Origin: a virus
IMG/VR virus record: IMGVR_UViG_3300015371_000015
Coordinates: 1-64,000 of that record
Reading direction: 5' to 3' (one strand)
Length of the DNA: 64,000 bases
Both the position numbers and the translations under genes were made by a program. Within the stretch, counting starts at the first letter, position 1, and every line of letters begins with the position of its first letter. Below, piece after piece: positions 1 to 10,397 of this stretch. The notes below the pieces were generated by a model. The model was not told the DNA's origin. It saw nothing but the letters and a program-made list of their open reading frames with translations, and ran no database searches.

Positions 1-111
1 CGCTGCCCTCCTCGAAATTTCCCCGGGGGGACAAAAAGTGGGACCAATCCATAAACCCCCATCGGGATTGTGGTCTACAAGGCCCTGAAACCCATCCGAA
101 AGGAGTCTAAC

Positions 112-726
112 ATGGCAGAAGTCACTGGCAAAACTTCTGAAGAGATCGATGAGCTCCTTTTGGAGATGGTCGTTGCCGGTCGAGCGCAGGATGGGAACCT
201 GATTCTCGTCAACAAGGGCGGTGGAGAGATCTTCGGAGGCTTCATCGGCTATGGTGGAGGCACTCCGACCGACCCCGGCCCGGGCGAAGACGCTCTCAAC
301 TACGAGAACGCCGCCCCCAACAGTCTTTTCGTCATCCATCGGGACGCGTTGACCGGCGACTGGCCCGGCACTCGACCCTCGAACCGTGCCGACATCGTCT
401 TCGACGTCACTGGAGTCGATCCATCACCCACCTGGATGCTCGCACGCGACCGTCGTTCCATCCCGATGCCTGAAGGCGGGGCTCTCATCTTCGCGGATGA
501 CCTGCTCACGGACTCCGGTGGCTCGGGCGGCGGCACTGGTACACCCCAGACCTACGAGACCGCACTCGGTACTTCACTGTTCGTCATCTATCGGGACTCC
601 GTCACTGGACTGTGGCCGGCTTCTCGTCCTTCGGCTCGCACTGACATCATCTTCGAGTGCGTAGGCGTCGACCCATCACCGACCTGGATGATCAACCGGG
701 ACCGCCGTGTCATCCCCAAGCCATGA
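112..726 (+). CDS. virion-associated hypothetical protein with an internally duplicated ~55-aa domain
   Basis: AGGAG RBS before ATG 112; two copies of SLFVI.RD..TG.WP..RPS.R.DI.F...GVDPSPTWM..RDRR.IP; N-terminus resembles that of the next gene (MAxVTGKTS..ID.LL). Confidence 0.7.
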   Translation: MAEVTGKTSEEIDELLLEMVVAGRAQDGNLILVNKGGGEIFGGFIGYGGGTPTDPGPGEDALNYENAAPNSLFVIHRDALTGDWPGTRPSNRADIVFDVTGVDPSPTWMLARDRRSIPMPEGGALIFADDLLTDSGGSGGGTGTPQTYETALGTSLFVIYRDSVTGLWPASRPSARTDIIFECVGVDPSPTWMINRDRRVIPKP

Positions 727-738
727 GAGGAGTCGTAG

Positions 739-1458
739 ATGGCAACCGTAACAGGCAAGACATCTGACAAGATCGACGACCTCCTGGGGCAGACCTTTGT
801 GGGTGCAGATCTGGATTCGGAAGGATCACTCACATTCACTCGCAAGAATGGATCGATCGTCAACGCCGGCTCACTCGGTGCTTCGATCGTTAGCGCGACT
901 ATCAACAGTGCTAAGCACTTGATCTTCACCAAGATGCAGGGCGGCGAGATCGATGCAGGTCAGATCACACCCAACCTCCTTGAGGCTTGGCCTGTGGGCT
1001 CGATCTACATGAGTGTGGACTCAGCCAACCCTGCGACCAAGCTTGGTGGCGGAACTTGGGTTCGGTTTGCGCAAGGCAGGATGGTTGTCGGCGTTGACAG
1101 CGCTGATGCATCGTTCGACGCCGTCGAGGAGACCGGAGGTTCGAAGACTTCCACGCTGGCTGCGCAAAATCTGCCAGCTCACACTCACCCGATGCCGCAC
1201 ACTCACCCGATGCCGCACACGCACGAACCTGGTACTCCGTCCAACAACTTCTTGGTGAACCAGCCAGCACCAAACGTCAGGAACCGTGCGAACGGTGATG
1301 ACTACAACGCAGTTGGTTCCCCCACAACTAGCGGACCATCCAATCCGAACACCGGCGCTTCTAGTGCAGCGAACACTGCGGCAAACAGCGGCACGGCCGA
1401 CCCGTTCAACGTCATGAACCCGTACGTCACCGCCTATCTTTGGAAGCGTACGGCCTGA
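739..1458 (+). CDS. minor tail / baseplate-tail-fibre-like protein
   Basis: WPVGSIYMS...NPAT.LGGGTW.RFAQGR..VGVD, GG.K..TL...NLPAHTH and MNPY.TAY.WKRTA motifs typical of phage tail-collar/baseplate proteins. Confidence 0.75.
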   Translation: MATVTGKTSDKIDDLLGQTFVGADLDSEGSLTFTRKNGSIVNAGSLGASIVSATINSAKHLIFTKMQGGEIDAGQITPNLLEAWPVGSIYMSVDSANPATKLGGGTWVRFAQGRMVVGVDSADASFDAVEETGGSKTSTLAAQNLPAHTHPMPHTHPMPHTHEPGTPSNNFLVNQPAPNVRNRANGDDYNAVGSPTTSGPSNPNTGASSAANTAANSGTADPFNVMNPYVTAYLWKRTA

Positions 1459-1475
1459 CCTAGGAAGGAGGAGAG

Positions 1476-1847
1476 ATGGCTACTCGTCGTAGAAACTCTG
1501 ACGATGACGCAGACATGGTCCTCCCTCCTCCGGCGGCAACCCTCGAAGGTAGAGAAGACCAGCTCATCCTCGCAGCATACGATCTCGTTGAGAAGCGGAT
1601 CGCTCGAGGTGATGCGTCAGCACAAGAGACCACCCATTTCCTCAAGGCTGGTTCTCGGTTCAACCGAGCCCAGATGGACAAGCTTGAGCATGAGAACGAA
1701 GTTCTGCGAGCTCGAGTCAAGCAGATGGAACAGATGGCGTCTCAGGAAGATCTCTTGGAGAAGGCACTGCGTGCATTCAAGGGGTACTCCGGTCAAGTTG
1801 ACCCCAACGAGATGGGCGATGGCGATGACTATCAGGACATACAGTGA
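1476..1847 (+). CDS. conserved phage protein, possibly terminase small subunit
   Basis: strong RBS; PAATLEGREDQLI..AYDL.EKRI..G.AS.QE..HFLK.GS motif; located next to the HNH gene. Confidence 0.55.
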   Translation: MATRRRNSDDDADMVLPPPAATLEGREDQLILAAYDLVEKRIARGDASAQETTHFLKAGSRFNRAQMDKLEHENEVLRARVKQMEQMASQEDLLEKALRAFKGYSGQVDPNEMGDGDDYQDIQ

Positions 1848-2247
1848 GCTCTCGAGAATTCAGGGACTCACAGCACGCTATGAGTATTTGGCCCTCGGCG
1901 ACAACATCGGCGAGTGCACCTTCGGTTTCAACCGTTGGGTGAATCAAGATTTTTATCGGTCACGTGAGTGGCAAAGCGCCCGACGAATCGTCATCGCACG
2001 AGACGAGGGCTACGATCTAGGCGACCGGGAAACTCCTATCATTGGAGCGCACCTGGTACACCACATGAATCCTTTGACTCTTCAAGACCTCGAGGAAGGT
2101 TCCGACAATCTCCTCGACCCCGAAGGCCTCATCACTTGCGCACTTCGGACTCACAACGCAATCCACTTCGGGGACAAGTCTTTGCTCCCGCAGCCCTACG
2201 TCGAGCGACGTCCAGGGGATACCCAGCTTTGGGTGAGGAAATTCTAG
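1825..2247 (+). CDS. HNH endonuclease (packaging-associated)
   Basis: FY.S.EW...R..VI.RD, VHHMNP, LITC...THNAIH motifs. Confidence 0.85.
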   Translation: MTIRTYSELSRIQGLTARYEYLALGDNIGECTFGFNRWVNQDFYRSREWQSARRIVIARDEGYDLGDRETPIIGAHLVHHMNPLTLQDLEEGSDNLLDPEGLITCALRTHNAIHFGDKSLLPQPYVERRPGDTQLWVRKF

Positions 2248-2257
2248 GAGGAGAAGC

Positions 2258-2509
2258 ATGGATGTAAAGCGTGGAACCCAAGTCGAGGTGCGGGTACCTC
2301 CGCATCAGAACAACGGCGATGACGTGGCCATGGGCTTTGTCACTAAGGTGGTCGGCGAGGACGAGAATCAGACCGTGAACGTGCGGGCGCTTCTCGACAC
2401 CGGCATGGACCTTCGCCTGACCAACATCAAGCTCGTCGACAGCAAGGACGACGTCGAGGAAGAGGCCCGCGACTACGACGCACCCAAGGTCGCCTGGCCC
2501 TTCCAGTAA
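2258..2509 (+). CDS. hypothetical protein
   Basis: GGAGGAG RBS, phage-like codon usage. Confidence 0.7.
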   Translation: MDVKRGTQVEVRVPPHQNNGDDVAMGFVTKVVGEDENQTVNVRALLDTGMDLRLTNIKLVDSKDDVEEEARDYDAPKVAWPFQ

Positions 2510-2530
2510 TTCTCCCCGAAAGGAGTTCGC

Positions 2531-3274
2531 ATGACGCTTCGAAATCGTGAAGAGGCGGCCCGCGCCGCTGAGAACACTCACACCAACCGGGTGGGTATGT
2601 GCCAGCAGGTCACTCGTGGATACTACATGGGCGCATCTGCTGGAGATCGTGATCATGACGGTGACGCGGATGCCATCGACGGCTGGCTCTCAGAGCCGTC
2701 TCGCCTCAGGCACCCCGGTGACCGTAACCCGCCCCGAGGCGTCCCCGTCTCCTTCAAGAACGCACGCTCCAATGGACATGGCCATCGTGCCATTTCTCTT
2801 GGTAACGGCGTGATTCGCTCAACCGACTTCAACGGTTCTACCAAGCGGTTTCAGCCGGGCGTTCTCGGAAACGGCACCATCGCTGAGATCGAGCGAGCCA
2901 TGGGACTGGAGTATCTCGGGTGGACCCCGACCATCACCGGTCAGGAGATCCCAATGCCACCCCCGCCGCCCCCGACCAGGCTCGACAACTTCTGGAAGGG
3001 CGGGCCGCAGTGGAATGTCAATATTCTCGATCGAGCTGCAGCGCAGCGTTCCGACATTCGCAAGATCGTAGAACGAATCGACGTAGCTGTGAACAAGCTC
3101 CCACACGACCGGGGCAATTCCCTAGTCAATCAGTTCGTTGCGAGCTACAAGAAGGACCGCCGGTTGAGGATGGGTCTGCTGAACCAAGCGGTGAAGAACG
3201 GCCGCCATGGGACGGTCCAGCATGTGCGGGATGAGCTCCGCCGGCTCCTCTTCCACGATCTGCCCAAGAGCTAG
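2531..3274 (+). CDS. endolysin, CHAP/NlpC-like cysteine peptidase
   Basis: GMCQQ..R catalytic Cys motif, GHGH.AIS.GNG...STD, then YLGW and a Pro-rich linker. Confidence 0.7.
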   Translation: MTLRNREEAARAAENTHTNRVGMCQQVTRGYYMGASAGDRDHDGDADAIDGWLSEPSRLRHPGDRNPPRGVPVSFKNARSNGHGHRAISLGNGVIRSTDFNGSTKRFQPGVLGNGTIAEIERAMGLEYLGWTPTITGQEIPMPPPPPPTRLDNFWKGGPQWNVNILDRAAAQRSDIRKIVERIDVAVNKLPHDRGNSLVNQFVASYKKDRRLRMGLLNQAVKNGRHGTVQHVRDELRRLLFHDLPKS

Positions 3275-3282
3275 GAGCTGAC

Positions 3283-4227
3283 ATGACTACTGTGAATCAG
3301 CCCATGCTCGTCAACGCCCCTATCGCAGTCGAGAACCTGCACGGACCTGACAAGAACGTGGGGCACCGGCATGGATCGATCATCGCCCTGCTGGATGCAG
3401 CGAATGGCGGCATCGGCGGCTTCAATGAGCTCAACAGCAAGGACAAGAGCTTTCTCACTGCAGAGGCCAAGAAGCGTGGACTCGCTGTCCGCTCTGCTGG
3501 TCTCAATGGCATGGTCTTCGATCCCACCAAATTCTCGGTGGGTCAGCCTCGCATTCGCAAGATCATGCAGGGCGGCCATGTCGGAGCTGATGGCACAAGC
3601 GCAGGTCCAGACAATCGGAGGGTAGGACCGAACCGATACGGCCTGTACTGGCCTGTCACGGTCCTGGCGCTGGACTTCACTTTCGAGTTCGTGGTTACCC
3701 ACACCATGGCTCGAGCCTTCACCCTGCACAAGTGGCGCCAGCCTCTGTTCTGGAAGTCGATTCGGTCACTGGCCGACGGCGTACTGGACGAAGACGGCGT
3801 GATGATGGGCGACTTCAATACCAATCAGGTTGTCGACCTGCCAGGTGTCGCCGATGTCAACGTGCCTGCACCGCCCGACATGGGCAAGCAGCACTACACC
3901 AAGATGATGCGATGGGGTAAGCGCATATTCATCTCAGCTCTCAAGGCAGTCAACACGCCTTCCGACCACCACATGCTCAAGGGCACTATCACGCTCTATC
4001 GTGAGCCTCAGGGGCACCTGACTGCTCCGCCCGCCTCGCACGTCCCTACGCCGAAGCCGTCGACCCTCCCCCAACCGGGAACACGCGGTGTCAGGTGGAA
4101 GAAGTACGGAGCGCCGGTGGCTCATCCATGGGCGAGTAAGTACAAGCGCCCCCGTTTCAAGAAGCGTCGACCGGTGCTGGCAGGAAAGATTGCCAGGTGG
4201 AAGGCCGCTTACCGCCGACGTCTCTAG
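3283..4227 (+). CDS. endonuclease/exonuclease/phosphatase (EEP) family protein with a basic C-terminal tail
   Basis: GFNE, GDFN and SDH motifs. Confidence 0.7.
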   Translation: MTTVNQPMLVNAPIAVENLHGPDKNVGHRHGSIIALLDAANGGIGGFNELNSKDKSFLTAEAKKRGLAVRSAGLNGMVFDPTKFSVGQPRIRKIMQGGHVGADGTSAGPDNRRVGPNRYGLYWPVTVLALDFTFEFVVTHTMARAFTLHKWRQPLFWKSIRSLADGVLDEDGVMMGDFNTNQVVDLPGVADVNVPAPPDMGKQHYTKMMRWGKRIFISALKAVNTPSDHHMLKGTITLYREPQGHLTAPPASHVPTPKPSTLPQPGTRGVRWKKYGAPVAHPWASKYKRPRFKKRRPVLAGKIARWKAAYRRRL

Positions 4228-4235
4228 GAGACCAA

Positions 4236-4760
4236 ATGCAAAGTTCATTGATGCGGACTATCCCGTACATCGAAGCCCGTCTACCCAGCCACCTGGGTAA
4301 GAAGCAGAACCCCAAGACGATTTCACTTCAGTTGTCAGGGACCACAGCTGATCGTGGGGCCGCTCTGGGCATCGCCAACTACTGGAATGGGTCTAGCTCT
4401 CAGCTCTCATATTCTCACTACGTCGTAGATGAAGAGCTGATGTTCCAGTGTGTGCCGGACAGCCGTCGGCTCACTGAGCGAGGGATAGTCCGCATCAATG
4501 TCTGTGGTGAACCGGTCACCGACGGTAGTTTGTGGACCGGAACACAGAAGTTCGACGTTTTCCACAACGTCGTTGGGCTCGTCGCAAAGCTTTGCTGGAA
4601 GTACGGTATCCCCGCCAGAGAGATCGGACTGGAGGAGCATCGCAAATTCCTTGGCCGTGGCGGGATCATGTTCGACATTCGTGGTGCATGGCCCAGAGAG
4701 TACTTCTTTGCGGCTCTGCAAGACCAACTCGAGCTCTACAAGTCCGAAGGAGGCCTGTAA
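4236..4760 (+). CDS. N-acetylmuramoyl-L-alanine amidase-like protein, probably degenerate
   Basis: A..IANYW, SHYVVD....QCVP, LVA.LC.KYGIP; the usual Zn-binding His and catalytic Glu appear replaced. Confidence 0.55.
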   Translation: MQSSLMRTIPYIEARLPSHLGKKQNPKTISLQLSGTTADRGAALGIANYWNGSSSQLSYSHYVVDEELMFQCVPDSRRLTERGIVRINVCGEPVTDGSLWTGTQKFDVFHNVVGLVAKLCWKYGIPAREIGLEEHRKFLGRGGIMFDIRGAWPREYFFAALQDQLELYKSEGGL

Positions 4761-5494
4761 TGCCCGAAGTCGCAAGCATTTTGGACTCTGTCAAGGCTTC
4801 CCTTGGGGTTCAGGACGCTACGGCGTTTGATGCACAGCTCATCATGCACATCAATGGTGCGCTGTCGAATCTCACTCAGCTTGGCATTGGTCCAGAAGAG
4901 GGTTTCCGTGTCAGCGACAATACCAAGACCTGGCACGATCTCTTGGGCGACAACGAGGCTCGTTACGGTGCTGCCAAGGACTACATGTTCTACAGTGTCC
5001 GCCTTGCCTTCGACCCGCCTTCACTTCTCTCGGTGCTCAATGCATTCAAGGAGCTTCGTGATGAGGCTGCTTACCGGGTAAACCGAGCTCGGGAAGATGT
5101 TGTGAACCCCCGTCAGCCCAAACCTGGCGTGGAGATCACTGATGGTTCGGACCTGGACGCTTCAGCGACCAAGCTTGAGGTGGCCCGGGGCTTTCCGTTC
5201 TCCAAGAATGTGCGCATCAGCAACGGCAAGAATGTCTGGCCTACGCTGGATCTGGTCGAGGCGAAGATGCTCATTCGAAAGACCAAGTCGACGGCCAGCG
5301 ACGTCCTCAAGGACTTCACTCCGTACCTACACCTCGACTTCGACGGCAACGATCTTGTTGTCAGCTGGTCGCTGTCGGGTCAGGAGACTCTCGACCTGGT
5401 CTCTGGGTACTACGAGCTCGTCATCTCCGACGCCGGCCCGCAGGACACCCGCGCCATTCGTGCGCTGTACGGTTATCTCAACACTAGTCTTTAG
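4760..5494 (+). CDS. head-to-tail adaptor with C-terminal extension
   Basis: SILDSVK..LG....FD..LIMHIN.A...LTQLG.GP..GF and VRL.FDPP motifs. Confidence 0.75.
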   Translation: MPEVASILDSVKASLGVQDATAFDAQLIMHINGALSNLTQLGIGPEEGFRVSDNTKTWHDLLGDNEARYGAAKDYMFYSVRLAFDPPSLLSVLNAFKELRDEAAYRVNRAREDVVNPRQPKPGVEITDGSDLDASATKLEVARGFPFSKNVRISNGKNVWPTLDLVEAKMLIRKTKSTASDVLKDFTPYLHLDFDGNDLVVSWSLSGQETLDLVSGYYELVISDAGPQDTRAIRALYGYLNTSL

Positions 5495-5502
5495 GAGGAG
5501 TT

Positions 5503-5760
5503 GTGGCAGACGAGATCACAGTCACCCTCGAAGACAATGAGCCTGACGTAGTCGTGGTGGTGGAGAACCAGTCGCCCGACGTATCGGTGAATGTCTCGGA
5601 GGTAGGCCTCGTCGGCCCCCCGGGACCTCCAGGTCCTCAGGGACCGGCTGGTGTCGACACTGCGTTGGCACTGAATGAGCACATCATGGACGAAAACCCA
5701 CATCCGGTTTACGACAGTGGCATTGACTGGCTTGTCCTCTACGAGAATGCGAAGGTATAA
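5503..5760 (+). CDS. small collagen-repeat virion protein
   Basis: GPPGPPGPQGPAG repeat; H...NPHP.YD motif. Confidence 0.65.
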   Translation: MADEITVTLEDNEPDVVVVVENQSPDVSVNVSEVGLVGPPGPPGPQGPAGVDTALALNEHIMDENPHPVYDSGIDWLVLYENAKV

Positions 5761-5763
5761 CAC

Positions 5764-6885
5764 ATGACTTACGAGTCCCGGCAAACAACTCTTGTTACCC
5801 AGCTCGGTACTGACTACAAGGGTCTTCGAACGTTCCTCACCGGCTCTTCGGTAGGCGCCTTCTCCCTGGCCACCACGGCTCAGGACGTCAAGGCTGCTAT
5901 CTCGGAGCTCAAGGATGCCATTACGGCTGCGGCCGCCGGCATGCCTGCCAACGCCACGGAGACTTCAGTCGGTGTGGGCGAGATCGCCACCCAGGCCGAG
6001 ACCACCGCTGGTACGGACGACTTCCGATGGGTCACCCCGCTCAAGCTCGCACAGAAGCTCACTGCTTGGGCGCAGCCCCTGAACACCAACCTGACCAACC
6101 TGGCTGGTGTCACTAACACCGCCTATGGTCGTGCCTTCCTGGCGCTGGCCAACCAGGCTGGTCTGATGGCTCTGCTTCCGGCTTCCTCTGACACCGTAGT
6201 GGGTGTTCAGCGCAACGCTACGCAGGCCGAGACCAACACCGGCACGCTCGACACCGCATCGGTCACCCCGCTCAAGCTGCAGACCCGTATGGCTGCCTAT
6301 GCCATGCCGCTGTCCTACCTGGACACGGACACTCTGCTGGCTGCCAACTCCGACACCAAGGTCGCTTCGCAGAAGGCCGTCAAGGCATATGCGGACGCAC
6401 TCATCGGGGCCAACGACGCGATGGTCTTCAAGGGCGTCATCGACGCTTCGACCACGCCGAACTACCCGGCCGCCAACAAGGGTGACGCCTACAAGATCAG
6501 CGTGGCCGGCAAGATCGGTGGTGCCGCTGGTATCAACGTGGAGGTCGGCGACCTGATCGTCTCCACCGCCGACGGCCAGGCTTCTGGCACGCAGGCTGCC
6601 GTGGGCGCGAACTGGACGATCATCCAGTCCAACCTCGACGGCGCTGTCATCGGTCCCGCCGCTTCGACCTCGGGCAACCTTGCGTCGTTCTCTGGCACCA
6701 CGGGCAAGCTCGTCCAGGACAGCGGTTTGTCCCTGGACACCAGCACCGCCCTGGGTACCTCGAATACCAAGATCCCCTCGCAGAACGCGGTCAAGGTCTA
6801 CGCGGACTCCACCTTCGTCACTCAGGCTGCCATTGGCAACCCGGATGTCGATCTACTGGCGGCTTACACGGCCGCTAAGGCGTGA
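5764..6885 (+). CDS. minor tail / fibre protein
   Basis: repeated ATQAET..GT.D...VTPLKL and SQ.AVK.YAD fibre repeats; Ala/Thr-rich. Confidence 0.75.
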   Translation: MTYESRQTTLVTQLGTDYKGLRTFLTGSSVGAFSLATTAQDVKAAISELKDAITAAAAGMPANATETSVGVGEIATQAETTAGTDDFRWVTPLKLAQKLTAWAQPLNTNLTNLAGVTNTAYGRAFLALANQAGLMALLPASSDTVVGVQRNATQAETNTGTLDTASVTPLKLQTRMAAYAMPLSYLDTDTLLAANSDTKVASQKAVKAYADALIGANDAMVFKGVIDASTTPNYPAANKGDAYKISVAGKIGGAAGINVEVGDLIVSTADGQASGTQAAVGANWTIIQSNLDGAVIGPAASTSGNLASFSGTTGKLVQDSGLSLDTSTALGTSNTKIPSQNAVKVYADSTFVTQAAIGNPDVDLLAAYTAAKA

Positions 6886-8903
6886 CGTACGAGAGCCGCG
6901 CCACAGCCCTTGCAGCTGCGCTGGGTGCGGATTTTAAAACCGCCCAAGCCGATAGGGGCTATCTTCTTCGTCTCGAGCGAGAAACAGATGAGCTCTTGCG
7001 GTTTCAGAACAGCCGGATGGAAGCAGCCGTTGCCGAGGCTACGTGCTTTACGGAGTCCTGGCTCGACTCTCGGAAGTGGACGGGTACAGCGGTTCTCGCC
7101 TCCGGGCGGATGTACTCAACCGCAGGTATCACCCGAGCTATTCCGACCTCATCTCGGTGGGTGGCCCGCGCGCAGCTGCACTGCACGGGTACATCAGGCA
7201 AGTACGCCTACTTCGGCATTGGTGATGGCACCAACTCACTGGCCATCGGTCAGACGTCGAGCTCTGCTACAGCGTTCGTCAACCGCTCGGCAGGCATCAG
7301 CGCTGGTGCTGTGATCATCCCCCGCACCATGCCGGCCTTGCCGGTGGGGGACTATCTGTGCACCATCACCAAGGACGAAGCTTACATCTCGATGACTATC
7401 CAGCCTGCTGCCTCAGCGGGCCAGGCCATCTATGGCTGCCGGGTCAAGATCTCTGATCTTCCGCTGGCGCCTACGGTGCTGTTCTTCTCAGCCAACGACA
7501 CCGCGGCTGGTGGTCTGAACTGGGGACCGTGTGTGATCTACGAAGAGCTCGCTGTTCCGCCACTGGCTAAGCGCTCGGTGGCTGGCGTGAACCTCTTCGG
7601 CTCAGGGCGTCCGCTGGCTCACTGGTGGGCAGACCCAACGACGGGTATTGGCCGCATGCTTCATATTCCTGGAGACAACGACGCTCGAGTCCCGGCACCA
7701 CTTGTGGGGTTCCTGCACCAGTCGTTGAGCGGCCTTGCCTCGTCGATCTACACCGAGTCCAGAATGGCCAACGTCCTGTCTGCTCTTGAGGGAGCAGGCT
7801 ACATGGTCGTGGCATCGGACAACGGTCCGAACGCTACTACCGCCGGAGGCACACAGGACAAGTACGGTAACCAGGCAGGTCTAGACGACTACGCATCCAT
7901 GATCAAGTGGGTGCGAACGCACCAGAACACGTCCGGTTTGAACCTTATCGCCCCATCTATGGGCAACTTCTTTGCGATGAACCTGCTTCAGCAACGCATC
8001 GTTGGCGGAATTACTGCAGTCGCAGGTATCTCCACTGGATACGATCTGGTGGCTGGTCTGTCAAATCCGACGTACCACGACCTGCTCCTGGCGGCATATT
8101 CTGCTGTCGACGATGCTGACTTTGTGACTAAGTCGCTGCTCTATGACCCGGCGCGGACAGCTCCGTACCGGTTCAGAGGAGTGCCTTGGCGTCTCTACGC
8201 CGGTGATTCGGACACGACGGCGCCCATCGCAAACACTCAGGCATTCGCCAACCTTATCCTTCCGTACTCGCCGGAGGCCACGGTTGTCACCTCGGCTGGA
8301 GCAGGCCATCTGGCTGATGCTCTCTACCAGGGCTCTGACATGGTGGCCTTCTTCAACAAGTACAACAGCATCGACGATGCCGTGGCACTGAGCACTGGTC
8401 CCAATGAGCGAAGGTTGCTCAAGAACCAGCCGGCGACGGTGCTTCAGTCGGGCACGGACTACATCGAGAAGTACGAGATCGTCTCAGATGGCTCGTCCTC
8501 ATCGGGCTGGCCGAATAGGCGTGAGATCTACTGCACACCTGTGGGTGGCGGTGCTCCTCGGTTGGTCCAGTACGAGAATGAGTACGGCGAACGTCGACTC
8601 AACGCTCGTCAGAACACAGTACTGTGGCGGGCTTTCGCCAAGGAATTCAATGCTGACACCACGCATGACGTCACGGTTCCGATCTGGGAGATCCAGAACG
8701 ACCGAGACAACCGGGTGCAGCTGCATGGGTTCTTCAGCGATGGCAAATGGTATCACTCTGGCGATGGCACTGTCGGGGGTAACCTTGCCGTGACTGGCAC
8801 AGTCAGTGGTTCCAACATCGGCCCGCAATTCAAGGGCATCTATCAAGCTGGCTCTGAGCCGGCCGGACAACCGACAGGTACCCTTATCCTAGTGAGGCCA
8901 TAA
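6882..8903 (+). CDS. minor tail protein with an alpha/beta-hydrolase (esterase-like) domain
   Basis: FLHQ, APSMG nucleophile elbow, G.SD..AP and GH catalytic-triad pattern; shares MTYESR N-terminus with the previous gene. Confidence 0.65.
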   Translation: MTYESRATALAAALGADFKTAQADRGYLLRLERETDELLRFQNSRMEAAVAEATCFTESWLDSRKWTGTAVLASGRMYSTAGITRAIPTSSRWVARAQLHCTGTSGKYAYFGIGDGTNSLAIGQTSSSATAFVNRSAGISAGAVIIPRTMPALPVGDYLCTITKDEAYISMTIQPAASAGQAIYGCRVKISDLPLAPTVLFFSANDTAAGGLNWGPCVIYEELAVPPLAKRSVAGVNLFGSGRPLAHWWADPTTGIGRMLHIPGDNDARVPAPLVGFLHQSLSGLASSIYTESRMANVLSALEGAGYMVVASDNGPNATTAGGTQDKYGNQAGLDDYASMIKWVRTHQNTSGLNLIAPSMGNFFAMNLLQQRIVGGITAVAGISTGYDLVAGLSNPTYHDLLLAAYSAVDDADFVTKSLLYDPARTAPYRFRGVPWRLYAGDSDTTAPIANTQAFANLILPYSPEATVVTSAGAGHLADALYQGSDMVAFFNKYNSIDDAVALSTGPNERRLLKNQPATVLQSGTDYIEKYEIVSDGSSSSGWPNRREIYCTPVGGGAPRLVQYENEYGERRLNARQNTVLWRAFAKEFNADTTHDVTVPIWEIQNDRDNRVQLHGFFSDGKWYHSGDGTVGGNLAVTGTVSGSNIGPQFKGIYQAGSEPAGQPTGTLILVRP

Positions 8904-10378
8904 TGGCAGTATCGATCAAGCAAACGGTCACCCAGACGGGGACTACGTCATCGGTGAACACGACGTTCACTACCACGGCGGACATTCTTCCTGGCGAAGA
9001 CATCTTCATTGCTTTGGGTCGAGCTACCCAGACGGGTCACGCTGCAGGCATCTCCAACATCACGACGAGCGCCGGGGCCGGGACATTTGAACGAGTAGCG
9101 ACATCCATCAGGGCGTCGACTTTCGATCTCGTTCTGGCCCGGCTCCGGTGCACGACGCTGATTCCATCAGGCTCCACTATCACCGCAGTGTCTCGTACGT
9201 CTGAGGCCAAGCGTGGTGGAGTCATGCAGGTCGTCTCGGGCCTGAAGGCTACCTATACGGCAGCCAACGCAAGCTCGGGTAACGCTGCTGACAACGCTGA
9301 CGGCGGCACAAGCTCTGGTCCCAACGGCTCTAGCACTGCAGAAAGCGGCTCGACAACCGGTGCGACTACAGCAGCGGACTGTCTGGTCCTGGGTGTGGGT
9401 TCAGTTGGTGGTACCAGCACAGTGAGCGCTGGCTCAGGCTTTACTCAGATGGGTCAAGCCAAGTCGGCCAGCGGCACCTCAGATCGAGGCTGTATCCTCG
9501 AATACAAAATCGTTTCTGCTACCGGTGTTCAGACAGCTACGGCTACGCTGAGCGCTACCGGTGGTTGGGCCATGGCCGTAGCGGCTTTCGAGATCGAGCC
9601 TGATCCGCCGGCCGGACATACTGATGAATTCACTGCCACGCAGAACACTTCGGGCACATCGCTGGCTATTCCCGTACCTCGGGCCGTGCCAGTAGGCAGC
9701 CTTGCTGTCGTGTCGTTCGCGGCACATATTCAGACTGGGTCTTATACCATCACCGACTCACGAGGCAACACCTATACGGTGGATGATGGTCCGAATGACT
9801 TCGGTCTGGGCCCATCGGCTGCAGGCTACGCGCGACAAGGTCAGTCACGATTGAGTACCGCGCTCCAAGCAGGCGACACCATCACTATCACAGCAACTGG
9901 CGCAACACCAGCCAAGTGGGCAGCGGTTGTGGGCATCTTCAGTCTGCCTGCGAATGCATATTTCGGCGACGTTGATGCGCTGGAGACGCTGGGCGAGCTT
10001 GACATGTACGCCCCTCCTGTCACTTCGCAAAGAACGAACGCTCTCGTCGTGATTTCGCACTACATGGTGAACTCCGGTCGAACATTAACGGCGAAGAATG
10101 GCTGGACGCTTAGTGCCAAGGCAGTGACTACTGCCGCATCAGCCAACCGAGCAGTAGTTCAGGCATGGAAGTACTTTCCTTCCGTGATCTCAACGCCCCT
10201 GGCTGAGATGTTCGCCAGCTACGATACGTCTGGTGATGCTGGTCATATTGCTCGAGTCTTCGAGACTCCTGCTCCGGCATTGGTCCTGAAGCGCTGGACT
10301 GGTTCCGCCTGGGAGACCGTTACACCTAAGCGATGGACTGGCTCAGCTTGGGAAACCATTACTGCAAAGGAGCTGTAG
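8903..10378 (+). CDS. minor tail / receptor-binding protein
   Basis: Ser/Thr/Gly-rich beta domains; C-terminal KRWTGSAWET repeated twice. Confidence 0.65.
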   Translation: MAVSIKQTVTQTGTTSSVNTTFTTTADILPGEDIFIALGRATQTGHAAGISNITTSAGAGTFERVATSIRASTFDLVLARLRCTTLIPSGSTITAVSRTSEAKRGGVMQVVSGLKATYTAANASSGNAADNADGGTSSGPNGSSTAESGSTTGATTAADCLVLGVGSVGGTSTVSAGSGFTQMGQAKSASGTSDRGCILEYKIVSATGVQTATATLSATGGWAMAVAAFEIEPDPPAGHTDEFTATQNTSGTSLAIPVPRAVPVGSLAVVSFAAHIQTGSYTITDSRGNTYTVDDGPNDFGLGPSAAGYARQGQSRLSTALQAGDTITITATGATPAKWAAVVGIFSLPANAYFGDVDALETLGELDMYAPPVTSQRTNALVVISHYMVNSGRTLTAKNGWTLSAKAVTTAASANRAVVQAWKYFPSVISTPLAEMFASYDTSGDAGHIARVFETPAPALVLKRWTGSAWETVTPKRWTGSAWETITAKEL

Positions 10379-10397
10379 AGCTCGGAAAGGAACATAG

